A stretch of 64,000 nucleotides of DNA from assembly GCA_049514955.1 (NCBI GenBank), contig JBEKUO010000001.1, positions 11,642 through 75,641 of the forward strand, in the 5' to 3' direction. Every line of letters begins with the position of its first letter. Position 1 is the first letter of the stretch. The position numbers and the translations under genes are program-made. Source of the stretch: Bryobacteraceae bacterium. Lineage in GTDB: Bacteria > Acidobacteriota > Terriglobia > Bryobacterales > Bryobacteraceae. Below, piece after piece: positions 47,106 through 57,297 of the stretch. The notes below the pieces were generated by a model, which worked only from the letters and a program-made list of their open reading frames with translations, did not search any database and was not told the origin of the DNA.

Positions 47106-47313
47106 GCACTAAGCGGATCGCGCCCTGGCGTGCTCGGCCGGCGAAATCGTAGTGCCCCGGGCTGGTTTTACCCTCGACGGGGTGGCCGCCCGCGATGATC
47201 TTCAGATACCCCGGCTTGATGTTCCCCCGAAACAAACCGTTCACGATGCCGTGGAACTGGAACCGCTCTTCCACGGAGAGAATGCCGGCCACAGGAGTCG
47301 CGCGGTGACCCAT
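47098..47313 (-). CDS. small hypothetical ORF (71 aa), uncertain
   Basis: It fills the 274-nt gap between the flippase and the GT2 gene and overlaps the GT2 start by 8 nt. No clear Shine-Dalgarno and no recognised domain. Confidence 0.25.
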   Translation of the reverse strand: MGHRATPVAGILSVEERFQFHGIVNGLFRGNIKPGYLKIIAGGHPVEGKTSPGHYDFAGRARQGAIRLVHA

Positions 47314-47379
47314 GTGCTGAGTATCGCATAGGTGAACATGGAATATGCGGGTCCTGGCACAATCGAAAATAGTCCCAAG

Positions 47380-48894
47380 CTACGGCGCTGGCCGCGCCGC
47401 CCAGTGCCGCCACATGAGCGCGACTTTGTCGTGGAGGAAAGCCTTTTCCTCCGCTGTGACGATGCGCAAAACATAGACCGCGGCGGCATACGTGAACACG
47501 AAACCGGCGCCACCGGCGGCCAGCACGAAGATCGGTTTCAGCCGTCCGAGTAGCGCGTGGAGTAGAGCCGCAACGGCCCCGGCGGAAGCCACGGCCACCG
47601 CCAACTTCCCCACGTCCCGCAACAGCCGGATGTCGGTACCACGCACGCCGAGAATGCGGCAGATGCGCGCTAGCGTGAGGGTGCGCTCCGCGGCGGCGAC
47701 GATCACGACCACGGAGATGGCGCCCATGAGGCCGAAATGCCCGGTCGCGAACCACAGGGCCACGGCCATCATGGAACACAACGCCAGCCTGAGCCGCAAC
47801 AGAAAGAAGCGTTGATCGATATAAGCCCGGAACAGGGGATCGTATAACAGCACTGCCATGGGCAGCAGGAGCAAATTGATCGCGAAAATATTCGCGCTGT
47901 TCGTATACTGGGCAGTGAATAAGAACGTAATCACTTCGTGCCGGAAGATCAAGAAAAAGGTGTACGCCGGGAAGTATACGGCGGCCAGCTTGCGCATGGC
48001 GCTGGCGGTGATCCGCAGAATCTCGCCGGTGGCATTGCGTTGCTGGAGCATGGTGACACGCAGGATCATCACCGAGTTGGTTGCCTCCTGCAGCAAATTC
48101 ATAAAGGGCAACTGCACCGTGCCGATGGCATACACGGCGAAGAGGGTGGGGCCGAAACGGTTCGAGACGAAGTAGCTAGGCAGGTCAGTCTCCAGGTTGA
48201 GCAAAAGCGCGCCGACACCAATCGGCAAGACATAGGAAAGCTGCCGGCGCAGGACGGCCAGGTCGAAGCAGCGCCAGAACCCCGGGAAGCGCGATTGCAG
48301 GTATACCAGCAGGAGGATCGATTGCAGCACACCCTGGAGCACTGCGGCATACACCAGCGCGCGCACGGTTCCGAAGATCAGTACGGCCGCGAGGTAAAAG
48401 ACCGTACGGCTCAATTGCACAGACACAATGGCGGCACTGGCCACTTTAATTTCCTGGTTGGCGATCGGCACGATTTCCAGGAATGAAGAGACAATCCAGA
48501 GCAGAATCACCAAGCCGACCAATCGCCCATAGGCAGCCAGTCCGGGCTGGCGGAAGAGGACTCCCAGCAAGGTCGGATAGAAGAACAACACCAGCCCAGA
48601 CAGCGAGCCCATCGCCAGATTGAAAACGACGATGTTGATGACGGTTTGACGTTGGCGCTCCGGCTCGCGCGGCAGAAAGTAATAAGCGCTCATGCCGAAG
48701 CCCACCTGCAGGATTACCACCGACGTCCCGATCACTAGAAAGAGCTGCTTATAAAGGCCGAATTCCGTTTGGCTCAAGCGCCGCACCAGGACCAGCGGCA
48801 GAGCCAGGGCAAGCGCAAACGAGAGTGTCTTGGCCAACACCAGCCAGGAGACGTGAGAAGTTAGAGAGCCGGTCTTCTCGATCGGGGTGGACAA
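47380..48894 (-). CDS. polysaccharide flippase, Wzx/MOP-superfamily-like membrane protein
   Basis: 504 aa with about 12-14 TM segments. N-terminal pattern WLVLAKTLSFALALALPLVLVRRLSQTEFGLY is typical of polysaccharide biosynthesis (PST) family proteins. Confidence 0.7.
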   Translation of the reverse strand: MSTPIEKTGSLTSHVSWLVLAKTLSFALALALPLVLVRRLSQTEFGLYKQLFLVIGTSVVILQVGFGMSAYYFLPREPERQRQTVINIVVFNLAMGSLSGLVLFFYPTLLGVLFRQPGLAAYGRLVGLVILLWIVSSFLEIVPIANQEIKVASAAIVSVQLSRTVFYLAAVLIFGTVRALVYAAVLQGVLQSILLLVYLQSRFPGFWRCFDLAVLRRQLSYVLPIGVGALLLNLETDLPSYFVSNRFGPTLFAVYAIGTVQLPFMNLLQEATNSVMILRVTMLQQRNATGEILRITASAMRKLAAVYFPAYTFFLIFRHEVITFLFTAQYTNSANIFAINLLLLPMAVLLYDPLFRAYIDQRFFLLRLRLALCSMMAVALWFATGHFGLMGAISVVVIVAAAERTLTLARICRILGVRGTDIRLLRDVGKLAVAVASAGAVAALLHALLGRLKPIFVLAAGGAGFVFTYAAAVYVLRIVTAEEKAFLHDKVALMWRHWAARPAP

Positions 48895-48920
48895 CGATTG
48901 CAGAATAACATGGGGTCACA

Positions 48921-50669
48921 TCACGGAGCCGGCGCCACAAGGCGGCGGTCCTGCGCGGTCACCGCGTCCAGCGCCTCGATTCCGGCAGAGAAGTCATAGG
49001 TGTGTGTGCCTTTCAGGTCTTTCTCCCAGTCGGGCTCGATGGAGTGAAGGCGGCGCTCCCGGCATGTGGATGGGGTAAGTTCCAAAATCTCTTGCACGTG
49101 GATACGGCGGCCGTACCTCTCACTACAATCCTGCACAGGCCGAAAGAGACGGCCGTCCAGCCTCTGAATCCGGCCTGCCGAACGCGCGTTGCGGACGTCG
49201 GTGGAAATAGGGCTGTTTGGGTGCAGGACCCAATCGCCACTGAGTTGGGCTGCGGAAAACAGAGTTCCGAACACGGCGTTATGGGGAGGTTCGCACAAGG
49301 TGGTAAAGAAGTACCAGCGATCGTCGTGGAGAATCGGTGTCGTGTCCACGGCACACCCTCGGAATAGCGTCCTTTCCAACTTCCACGAGAAGGGGAAGGC
49401 CGTCGCGCGGTACAGGTCCACCGATTCATTGGAGGCGGATTCTGGAATCAGAAAAACGTCGCTGCCATGATGAAACACAAACGGGTATGAGACGTGGTAG
49501 GGAAGATCGAGGCAAGTCCTGGCAGGGCCGATGGAAAGATCGCTTTCAATGGGGGCGCAGGCGATCCGCCCGCGGTTTTCGTCATACCGGTAGTCCTCGA
49601 AGAAGAGCCAAAGCTGACCCTGGTGCTCGAGAAGAAAAGGGTCCGCGTAGAAATGCCCAGCCGGGCTCGGCAGCCATGGATGCTCCGGCCCTCTCGCCAG
49701 CGGGCCGGCCCGGCCGGTCAGCAACCGGGAGGAATCGGCGTGCCGCAAGCAGATGCGCCAATGATACAGCGTGTCGCGCCGAAAGGGACGCGTGATCAGC
49801 TTGCGGCCAATCGCTGGCACGATCCATTTCAGCATCTGCGAATTGCCCGGGGCGCGATAAATTTTCACCTTGCCGCGGTAGGGCGCCGGCGGCACCGCGT
49901 GCTGCTTAACCGACTCCCAGCCGCACTCGTGGAGCTCGTGGAGCTTTCGGATTACGAAGTGGCTGGACCCCCAGTACGGGTAGAAAACGTTGCGATTTCG
50001 CGACAGCCCGCGGACGGTTGAGAACACGGACTTGCATAGGACCTGCCCGGCATCGAGCTGCTCGTCCAGCACTTGCAAAAGCACACCGGAGCACGGATTG
50101 TCCTCCACAACCTCCCAGAACAGAGCCGGCCCGCCCCTATAAAAATCATTGTCGCCATGATGAAACGACCAGACTCCATATCGGGCGCTGGTCAGAACTT
50201 CGCCGTGGAGAATGTTGAAGCCGAAGCGCAGGAGCACATCCAGATCGTGAGAGCGCACCGCGGCGATCGCTTCTGGTGGAAAACGATGTACGAACCGCTT
50301 CGCGATAGGGATGACGTCCAGCCTGGGAATGCCGCCCAAAATGTCGGCGGAGTCAACTTCCTCCAGAGGGTCGGGATGCTGCACGTAGCGTTTGTCAAGC
50401 TTGTTGTAGAGACTGTAAAGCAGAAGCCGGCGGAAGCGAGATTCGCGTAACAGGCGCATGCGCCGCGATAGTCTGCTTTCGGAAGGGGCGGGAGCGGCCG
50501 GCGGTTGCCGGTTTACGACCACCAACTCCAGCCGAGCAAAGTCCGACGCCTGCACATCCAGGAGAACTTGACGGGCCGCCTTTGTGATTCGAAACCTGTC
50601 CACCAGCACACCGATGCGAAGCGGCTTTGCCTGCGACCGGGAATGAAGATACAGTGACGAAATCGACAT
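48921..50669 (-). CDS. formyltransferase-like N-terminal domain fused to a beta-propeller-like (GINT1/GH43-like) C-terminal domain
   Basis: The N-terminal domain reads DLDVLLRFGFNILHGEVL...WSFHHGDNDFYRGGPALFWEV, matching the Fmt-type H..YRG pattern. The C-terminal domain reads ADPFLLEHQGQLWLFFEDYRYDENRGRIACAPI. The ATG at 50669 is 14 nt below the upstream stop. Confidence 0.55.
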   Translation of the reverse strand: MSISSLYLHSRSQAKPLRIGVLVDRFRITKAARQVLLDVQASDFARLELVVVNRQPPAAPAPSESRLSRRMRLLRESRFRRLLLYSLYNKLDKRYVQHPDPLEEVDSADILGGIPRLDVIPIAKRFVHRFPPEAIAAVRSHDLDVLLRFGFNILHGEVLTSARYGVWSFHHGDNDFYRGGPALFWEVVEDNPCSGVLLQVLDEQLDAGQVLCKSVFSTVRGLSRNRNVFYPYWGSSHFVIRKLHELHECGWESVKQHAVPPAPYRGKVKIYRAPGNSQMLKWIVPAIGRKLITRPFRRDTLYHWRICLRHADSSRLLTGRAGPLARGPEHPWLPSPAGHFYADPFLLEHQGQLWLFFEDYRYDENRGRIACAPIESDLSIGPARTCLDLPYHVSYPFVFHHGSDVFLIPESASNESVDLYRATAFPFSWKLERTLFRGCAVDTTPILHDDRWYFFTTLCEPPHNAVFGTLFSAAQLSGDWVLHPNSPISTDVRNARSAGRIQRLDGRLFRPVQDCSERYGRRIHVQEILELTPSTCRERRLHSIEPDWEKDLKGTHTYDFSAGIEALDAVTAQDRRLVAPAP

Positions 50670-50682
50670 GCAATGCGGCTTG

Positions 50683-52224
50683 TCAGGGAGTGGCTTTCCT
50701 CGTGCGGGCATAGACGGTATAGAGCGCATTGGCATAGAGCGGCTGGTATGCGGTTTGAAGCATGTTCCGGAGAGAGGCATAAACCACGGGGCGCGTATGC
50801 GCGAGATCGGCCAGATGTGCCCGGTAGTTGCCGTCGATCACGATAAAATCCGGCCGCTTGCCACTGTAGTAACCCAGGCTCGCGTCGTCTTTGACGCGGT
50901 CGAAGCCAAGGCCGAAGCCCAGCTCGGCACTCCCGATTACCGACTGGCCGGGCTGCAGGTCGCGCTGGAGCGCAGCAATCGTGGGTTGGTAGATGGTGGC
51001 GTACTTTCGTCCGGCGATCAGCGCAACGGCGTAGCCGGTTTCGAGCAGCATGAGACCGGCCACCATGCCGATCCATACGGGCCGCCAGGAAGGGCGCGCC
51101 TGGGCATGCCATTTGTATGAGGCGGCCACGGCGGCCGCCAGCAGCCACGTCAAGTGAATCAGGTACCAGGGCTGCTTGGCGCCCTCGAAAAAGGTGAGCA
51201 CGAACAGAACGATGGCGATCAGGAAGCCGACGACCTTGGCCGTCTGCGTCCGTCTGAGGGAACGCGGCCCCAACAGTCCCAGCACAGCAGCCGCATAGAG
51301 GAACAGCACCATCACGCGCCCCTTTGCAACACGATTTGCTCCCGGTGACAACCCATAAGCGGGAAAGAACCGGTCCGTAAACTCCCGCTGGAGAGCGGCT
51401 AGCGGAGCCTTCAGCGGCCAAAGACGGCCGGCGGAGTTTCCGGCGAACTGCGCCCAAAAAACTTCAGGGCTGCGGAGAATGTACGCTGACCAGGCAACTC
51501 CGCCAATCAGGTACGGCGCCGCGATAGGCAGCAGATCCGGCCAGCGCAGCCGGCGGCCATCGAAGTAGAAATGCAGGAAGACCAGGCTGGGCACGGCGAT
51601 CAGGCCGCCGATCGGGTGCGTCAGTCCGCTGGCCACCGCAAATGCATGCGCGCTGAAGAGCGCCCAGCGGAAATGGTTCTCGCGCAGAGACAAATACGCG
51701 GCCAGCGCCGCGGCGCCGAAAGCAGCGCTGAGCATGTCCGATCGCCCCGTGGAAGCCAGAATCAGGACGGTCGAATCGATCGAAATTAGCGCGAGGCTGA
51801 GGAGCGCAACAGCTCTATCGCCCGTCACGCTGCGAATTACGTAGAACCAGCAGAATAAGGCCACAAACCCGGCCGCCACCGAAAGCATCCTGGTAGAAAA
51901 CAGAGTGGCGCCGAACAGATGAAACCAGGGCGCCTGTATGAGGGCATGCAACGGCATGATCCAGTACGTGTATTGTTCAATACCCCTCAGGTAAGTGCCC
52001 GCGCTCTCGAGTACCGGCGAGCCCATGCCACCGTTGGTTATTAGGCTCAGCGTGGGGCTGGTGGACCAACCTTCGTCGCATATCGGTATCCTGGTGAGGC
52101 TCAGGCCGATGGCGAACCCCAGGTATAGTGCCAGAACCGCTCCGCTGGCGGCCCAGTAGGCGCGGCTGCGGCGGTCGGGCACCGGCTCATGGCTGGCGAG
52201 AGGCGGGCGCCCCAGAGCGCTCAT
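50683..52224 (-). CDS. GT-C fold (ArnT/PMT-like) polytopic membrane glycosyltransferase
   Basis: Early periplasmic-loop DE motif (RIPICDEGW) and 10 or more TM segments. Colinear paralogue of 55698-57275. ATG chosen at 52224; the ORF extends to 52341. Confidence 0.6.
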   Translation of the reverse strand: MSALGRPPLASHEPVPDRRSRAYWAASGAVLALYLGFAIGLSLTRIPICDEGWSTSPTLSLITNGGMGSPVLESAGTYLRGIEQYTYWIMPLHALIQAPWFHLFGATLFSTRMLSVAAGFVALFCWFYVIRSVTGDRAVALLSLALISIDSTVLILASTGRSDMLSAAFGAAALAAYLSLRENHFRWALFSAHAFAVASGLTHPIGGLIAVPSLVFLHFYFDGRRLRWPDLLPIAAPYLIGGVAWSAYILRSPEVFWAQFAGNSAGRLWPLKAPLAALQREFTDRFFPAYGLSPGANRVAKGRVMVLFLYAAAVLGLLGPRSLRRTQTAKVVGFLIAIVLFVLTFFEGAKQPWYLIHLTWLLAAAVAASYKWHAQARPSWRPVWIGMVAGLMLLETGYAVALIAGRKYATIYQPTIAALQRDLQPGQSVIGSAELGFGLGFDRVKDDASLGYYSGKRPDFIVIDGNYRAHLADLAHTRPVVYASLRNMLQTAYQPLYANALYTVYARTRKATP

Positions 52225-52436
52225 GGGTTTATGGTAGCGAAGCTGGCGGACGCCGAAGAGGGCGCCATTCATTTCGAATACGAGCTGTTGCGGCAAATAG
52301 GGCGCGCAGAGGCGCGGAGCGAATTGAACAGTCAATTGCACAACCGCTCTGAAACGCAGTGCTGCCCCTTACTTCCGTGGAAACATCGCTTGATCCGCAC
52401 GCCGGCGACTTGCCGGGCTGCGGTACATTGAGGTTG

Positions 52437-53282
52437 ATGCGCTCCACCTCCCAACAGGAGATTGCTGCCGGCGAGCGCTTTGCGTTTGGAGAAAACTGGC
52501 GGCGATTCCTCTCCATCCTGGATGACGGCCGCATAGGAAAGGCGGAAGATTCTCTCCGGCGGATGCTGGAAGTCCCGGATTTGACGGGCAAGAGCTTCCT
52601 CGATATCGGCTGCGGCAGCGGTCTATTCGGCCTGGCGGCAAGGCGCTTGGGCGCACGTGTGTATTCCTTCGATTTCGACCCGCAATCGGTGGCCTGCACC
52701 CAGGAACTGCGCCGGCGTTATTTCCCGGCAGACGCGTACTGGGAAATAGAGGAAGGGTCGGTCCTCGATACTGGCTATCTCGCCAGCTTGGGTCGCTTCG
52801 ATGTGGTGTACTCTTGGGGCGTCCTGCATCATACCGGCGCTCTATGGCAAGCTCTGGGCAATGCTGCCGCAATGGTCGCGCCAAAGGGAAAGTTGTTTGT
52901 CGCCATATACAACGATCAGGGTAAGATCAGTGACCGCTGGCGCGCGATCAAGCGTTCGTACAACTCCCTGCCGAAAGGTTTGCGCTTTCTGATAACGATT
53001 CCGGTGCTGGTACATCTCCAATGGCGCCCGGCGTTGAAAGATCTCCTGAGGCTCAGGCCTTTCGAGACCTGGCGCAGTTATGGCAAGGAGCGCGGCATGT
53101 CTCCCTGGCGGGACTTGATCGACTGGGTGGGCGGCTACCCTTTTGAGGTAGCTAAGCCGGAAGCCATCGTCGATTTTTGCCTCCGCCGGGGTTTTACATT
53201 ACGGCGCCTAGTTGCTTGTGGCGGTTCGCTTGGTTGCAACGAATTCGTTTTCGCGCGGACGGCAGCCGAAACAGTATCGTAG
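52437..53282 (+). CDS. class I SAM-dependent methyltransferase
   Basis: SAM motif I FLDIGCGSGLFGLAARRLGARVYSFDFD and motif VVYSWGVLHH. Alternative upstream start at 52359. Confidence 0.8.
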   Translation: MRSTSQQEIAAGERFAFGENWRRFLSILDDGRIGKAEDSLRRMLEVPDLTGKSFLDIGCGSGLFGLAARRLGARVYSFDFDPQSVACTQELRRRYFPADAYWEIEEGSVLDTGYLASLGRFDVVYSWGVLHHTGALWQALGNAAAMVAPKGKLFVAIYNDQGKISDRWRAIKRSYNSLPKGLRFLITIPVLVHLQWRPALKDLLRLRPFETWRSYGKERGMSPWRDLIDWVGGYPFEVAKPEAIVDFCLRRGFTLRRLVACGGSLGCNEFVFARTAAETVS

Positions 53283-53343
53283 CGAGGCAGGCGGGGACCT
53301 GCTGTCGGACGCGTAGTATGATGGGGTATCTGCGGTCCCCGCC

Positions 53344-54084
53344 ATGCGGTCTTTGCTATTCAAGCTTTACTGGAAGCTGGAAAAACTATTCTTTCCCGCA
53401 TTGAAGTATTCTCAGTATCGCTATTACGAGACATTGAAGGGCGCTATTCCCGACCGATGTGCCTGGCTCGATCTCGGGTGCGGCCACCAGATGTTCGCAA
53501 GCTGGATGAGAGAGGAAGAACGGGCACTGGCAGGCCGGGCGGCCATGCTCGCAGGCATCGATCTCGACTGGCAGGCATTACGCGCGAATCCGTTCGCTTC
53601 CGCGCGAGTTCTTGGGGCCCTGGAGAGTCTTCCTTTTCGCGCCGAGGTGTTCGACGTAGCCACTGCCAACATGGTCGTCGAACACCTCCGCAACCCGGCC
53701 GCCATGCTCGAGGAAGTCAAACGCGTCCTGCGGCCGGGCGGACTGTTCATCTTTCATACGCCGAATCGCAATGCGGCGATGCTGCGGGTTGCCGCCCGCA
53801 TGCCGCAATTCCTGAAGAACTTTCTGGCCCGCCTCCTCGAAGGAAGAAGAGAGGAAGACGTCTTCAAGACTTTCTACCGGATGAACTCCCTGGCGGCCAT
53901 CTCGCAAATGGCTGCGGCGAGCGGCTTCCGCGTGCAGGAGTTCCGCTCGATCTCCACCTCCGCGGTCACGGCGCTGTTGGGGCCGGTGGCGATTGTGGAA
54001 TTGCTATATCTGCGGCTGCTTGAGGCGAAGCGCTTCCAGAATTACCGCAGCAACCTGATCGCCGTGTTACAAAAAGCCGCTTGA
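53344..54084 (+). CDS. class I SAM-dependent methyltransferase (Methyltransf_11-like)
   Basis: WLDLGCGHQ, FDVATANMVVEHLRNP and LRPGGLFIFHTPN. Confidence 0.8.
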   Translation: MRSLLFKLYWKLEKLFFPALKYSQYRYYETLKGAIPDRCAWLDLGCGHQMFASWMREEERALAGRAAMLAGIDLDWQALRANPFASARVLGALESLPFRAEVFDVATANMVVEHLRNPAAMLEEVKRVLRPGGLFIFHTPNRNAAMLRVAARMPQFLKNFLARLLEGRREEDVFKTFYRMNSLAAISQMAAASGFRVQEFRSISTSAVTALLGPVAIVELLYLRLLEAKRFQNYRSNLIAVLQKAA

Positions 54085-54094
54085 TTCCGCTGGT

Positions 54095-55564
54095 CTATTT
54101 TGCGATCGGACGGAACTCTGGCAACCGCTGGCGAGCAGGGGCCACCCGCCCCACAGGCTTCCCCGGCGCGGAACCAGCCGGGCTGCTGGCGCGCGCCTGC
54201 ATAGCCGAATTTATGGAGCGTTCGAAAGCCGCGCAGAGGCCCGCCACCAAGGGAAAGTAAAAGTAATAGGCGTTGCTCGCAAAAATCGCCGTGATGGCAA
54301 AGGCGAGAACGGAGAGCCGTAGGCAAAACGCCATGTCGCCCAAAGCGCGCAATTCCGGGTCGCGAGCGGCGTATTTTCGGGCGGAGTGGGCGGTCTGAAA
54401 ACAGAAGAACAGAGCCGCGAGATAGAAGAACAGCGCCGGTAATCCGGCTTCCGACGAGATCTCGGTAAAGGTGTTGTGGCTCTGGCGCCAAGCGGCGGGC
54501 CGCTTCTTCTCCTCGGCATCTTTGGCATCGGCGACCGCGAACATCCCCGGACCGACTCCCAGAATGGGATGTTGGAACGTCAACTCCACACTATGCTCGA
54601 ACATTTCCTTCCGGACGCGTGTAGATAACACCGCGGATTCTTCCGCGGAGTTGGCGACGTAAGGCGTGTCCCCGCTCAGGAACAAGGTCTTATAGCGCTC
54701 CAAAGCATCGCTGCTGGAGACGAGCACGGATGCCACAGCCAACAGCAGGGCGCCCACTGCCAGCGGGACTTTCTGGAGGGGTGGAACGGAGAAGAAGTAG
54801 AGCAGAAAGATGACCAGCAAGGCCAGCAGGCCTCCACGGGAACCGGTACGGACCACGGTTATGGGAACGAGAACCAGCGCCAGAAAGCAAGCCACTCTCA
54901 AGAGGGACAGCCCGGAACGGGTACGCACGGCCAGCAGGCAAAAGGGCAGGCCCAGGAGCAGCAAGGTAGCGAAATCGTTCGGATTGCCAAAGGTGCCGGC
55001 CACCAGCGAGAAGCGTCCCAGGTCGCGCGTCGCGGTCGAGACGCCCAGCACGAAACTGAGAGCCTCAATGACCAGCACCGATACGGCCATGGCGTACATG
55101 GCCTTCCGGCATTGCTCCAGGCCGTCGATGCATCCCGCCAGCAGGATCAGACTAATTAGAGATACCGACCAGAAGACAAGCGTATCAAAGCTCCCGTGCC
55201 GCCAGACACTAAACGGAGTACTAAGGAAAAGCCAGGCGGTAAAGCACAACAGGGCCAGAACGATCTTCGAAGAGAAAATGCGAAAAATACCGCCGCTCAG
55301 CAAGACCACCAAAACCGCCAGAATCGCTGAGATGAGGCCGAGGCGCAAGCCATGGCCGGTGACGATCAGCAGGATCTCAGGAAGTCGGGTATAAGTGATA
55401 AATATATAGGCGATCACCAGATAAAGGGCCGGATGCCAGGACGCCGGAGGGTGCGCCGTGGCGGCCGAAGAAGGCGGGATGGTCACCGGATGTTCAGCAA
55501 CGCGGGGTGGTGGCAAGATCAGATCCAATGTAACATTCTGGCGGTGTCTCAGCCAAGGAAACAC
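54095..55564 (-). CDS. O-antigen ligase/Wzy_C-family membrane protein
   Basis: Polytopic. The RTGSRGGLLALLVIFLLYFF segment and following periplasmic loop are characteristic of the Wzy_C domain. Confidence 0.7.
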   Translation of the reverse strand: MFPWLRHRQNVTLDLILPPPRVAEHPVTIPPSSAATAHPPASWHPALYLVIAYIFITYTRLPEILLIVTGHGLRLGLISAILAVLVVLLSGGIFRIFSSKIVLALLCFTAWLFLSTPFSVWRHGSFDTLVFWSVSLISLILLAGCIDGLEQCRKAMYAMAVSVLVIEALSFVLGVSTATRDLGRFSLVAGTFGNPNDFATLLLLGLPFCLLAVRTRSGLSLLRVACFLALVLVPITVVRTGSRGGLLALLVIFLLYFFSVPPLQKVPLAVGALLLAVASVLVSSSDALERYKTLFLSGDTPYVANSAEESAVLSTRVRKEMFEHSVELTFQHPILGVGPGMFAVADAKDAEEKKRPAAWRQSHNTFTEISSEAGLPALFFYLAALFFCFQTAHSARKYAARDPELRALGDMAFCLRLSVLAFAITAIFASNAYYFYFPLVAGLCAAFERSINSAMQARASSPAGSAPGKPVGRVAPARQRLPEFRPIAK

Positions 55565-55697
55565 AGTTCCATAGGAGTTTGGCTCGGAAGCGCGGCGGTA
55601 TAGCTGGGGAATGCTTCGGGAAAGTTCGCAAACGGTCCATTGAATTGACCCTTACGGTATGTTAAGTGGGTAGTGTGCGGCTGCTGCATATACCGCG

Positions 55698-57275
55698 ATG
55701 ACTTCCCCAAGTCCCCGCCCGTCTAGGAACATTCATCTGAGAATCGCAAAACGCTGGTATGCGGCGGGGGCTATCCTCGTGCTGCTCTACAGCGCTTTAC
55801 TGGTAGCGCAAGCCGCAACGCGCCGCCCGTGGACCGATGAGGCCATGTTCGCCGATCCGGCGCTCACTCTTATTACCAAAGGTTATTTGGGATGCCCCGT
55901 CGAGGAGTTTGCAACCGCATGGCCGAATATAGCCCGGCATATCTACACGATGTTCCCGCTGAATCTGGTGGTGCTGGCGGGCTGGTTCAAGATCGTGGGC
56001 TTCGGTCTGATCGAGCAGAGGGTGCTCTCCATGCTTTGGACGGCGCTGCTGCTGTTTTCGGTATACCGGCTGGTTGTGCTGCTTTCGGGCGCGCGGCGCA
56101 CGGCGCTGTTGTGTACGGCGCTGGTGGCCCTGGATTATCACATCATGGTGGCAGGCTCTTTCGGCCGGTACGATCCGATGGTCGCGGCGCTCGGGTTCGG
56201 AGGTTATGTCCTTTATCTGGCGTTGCGCGAGCGAAATCTGAACCTCGCATTGTTGTTGGCCAACACCTCTGTGATGCTATGCGGCACGACGCACCCGAAC
56301 GGGCTGCTTTACTTCATCGGACTCTGGGTGCTGGTCCTCTACTACGACCGGCGTAGGATCGGCCTGCGGCAAGTAGCGCTCTGCGCGATCCCCTACGTGG
56401 TGGGTGCATGCGTGTGGAGCGCGTATTTGATGCAGGACCCCCAAAGCGCGCTGACGCAGCTCCGGAATAATTCATATAGCCGCGTGGCGATCCTACAGCC
56501 CTGGCAGGCGCTGAAGCGCGAGATCCTGCTGCGGTACGCCCCGGGATTCGGTCTTACGGCTCAGCACTCGGCCGGGAGCGGGGGACCCATTCAACTGAAA
56601 GCGGTCCCTTTGCTGGCATACCTGGTGGGCGTTCTGGGCTGCCTTTCCGTGCGTCAGATCCGCCGGAATCCCGGAGGCCGCACGTTGCTGCTGCTCACGG
56701 CCGTCCACGTCTTGTACCTGACGTTCTTCGAGGGCATCAAGTTCCCCTTCTATTTGGTCCACATCGACCCGTTGTACGCGATACTGCTAGGGATCTTCGC
56801 CGTCTGGCTGGGACGCGCCGGCGCGATACCCAAGTGGGCGACCGCGAGCGCCTTAGCCGCCGTGATGGCGGTTGAGGCCGGGGGAATACTGTGGCGCATT
56901 CGCATCGACACCTACGGCACCGAGTACGCGCCCGCGGTGGCCTATGTCAAGCGTCACGCGACCGCCAACGACCTGGTTTTGGCCAGTTGCGATTTTGGCT
57001 TCGGCTATGGCTTTGAAGCGAATTTCCGGGATGACCCGCTGCTCGGTTACGAGTCCCACCGCGTGCCGCAATTCATCGTCTGGGACGTGGATGCCTATCG
57101 GGACGAATTCATTCACAACGCGCAGACCAAGCCAGGCGCGCACCGTTACGTGGCGGAGATGCTGCGTCAGTACGATGCCGTGTTCCACAATGCCGGTTAC
57201 ACTATCTACCGGCGCCGGCCTGACGCCGGGCCACCGCCAACGGGTGCGGAGGGGCAGCGAGGGCCGCTACCGTAG
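55698..57275 (+). CDS. GT-C fold (ArnT/PMT-like) polytopic membrane glycosyltransferase, paralogue of 50683-52224
   Basis: RRPWTDEAMFADPALTLITKGYLGCPVEE aligns with RIPICDEGWSTSPTLSLITNGGMGSPVLE. Further shared blocks are YL.LRE, THP.G, WSAY...P and the C-terminal FGFGYGF...DDPLLGY...PQFIVWD. Confidence 0.6.
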   Translation: MTSPSPRPSRNIHLRIAKRWYAAGAILVLLYSALLVAQAATRRPWTDEAMFADPALTLITKGYLGCPVEEFATAWPNIARHIYTMFPLNLVVLAGWFKIVGFGLIEQRVLSMLWTALLLFSVYRLVVLLSGARRTALLCTALVALDYHIMVAGSFGRYDPMVAALGFGGYVLYLALRERNLNLALLLANTSVMLCGTTHPNGLLYFIGLWVLVLYYDRRRIGLRQVALCAIPYVVGACVWSAYLMQDPQSALTQLRNNSYSRVAILQPWQALKREILLRYAPGFGLTAQHSAGSGGPIQLKAVPLLAYLVGVLGCLSVRQIRRNPGGRTLLLLTAVHVLYLTFFEGIKFPFYLVHIDPLYAILLGIFAVWLGRAGAIPKWATASALAAVMAVEAGGILWRIRIDTYGTEYAPAVAYVKRHATANDLVLASCDFGFGYGFEANFRDDPLLGYESHRVPQFIVWDVDAYRDEFIHNAQTKPGAHRYVAEMLRQYDAVFHNAGYTIYRRRPDAGPPPTGAEGQRGPLP

Positions 57276-57297
57276 AAAGGCGGTTGTGAGTTCCCGC

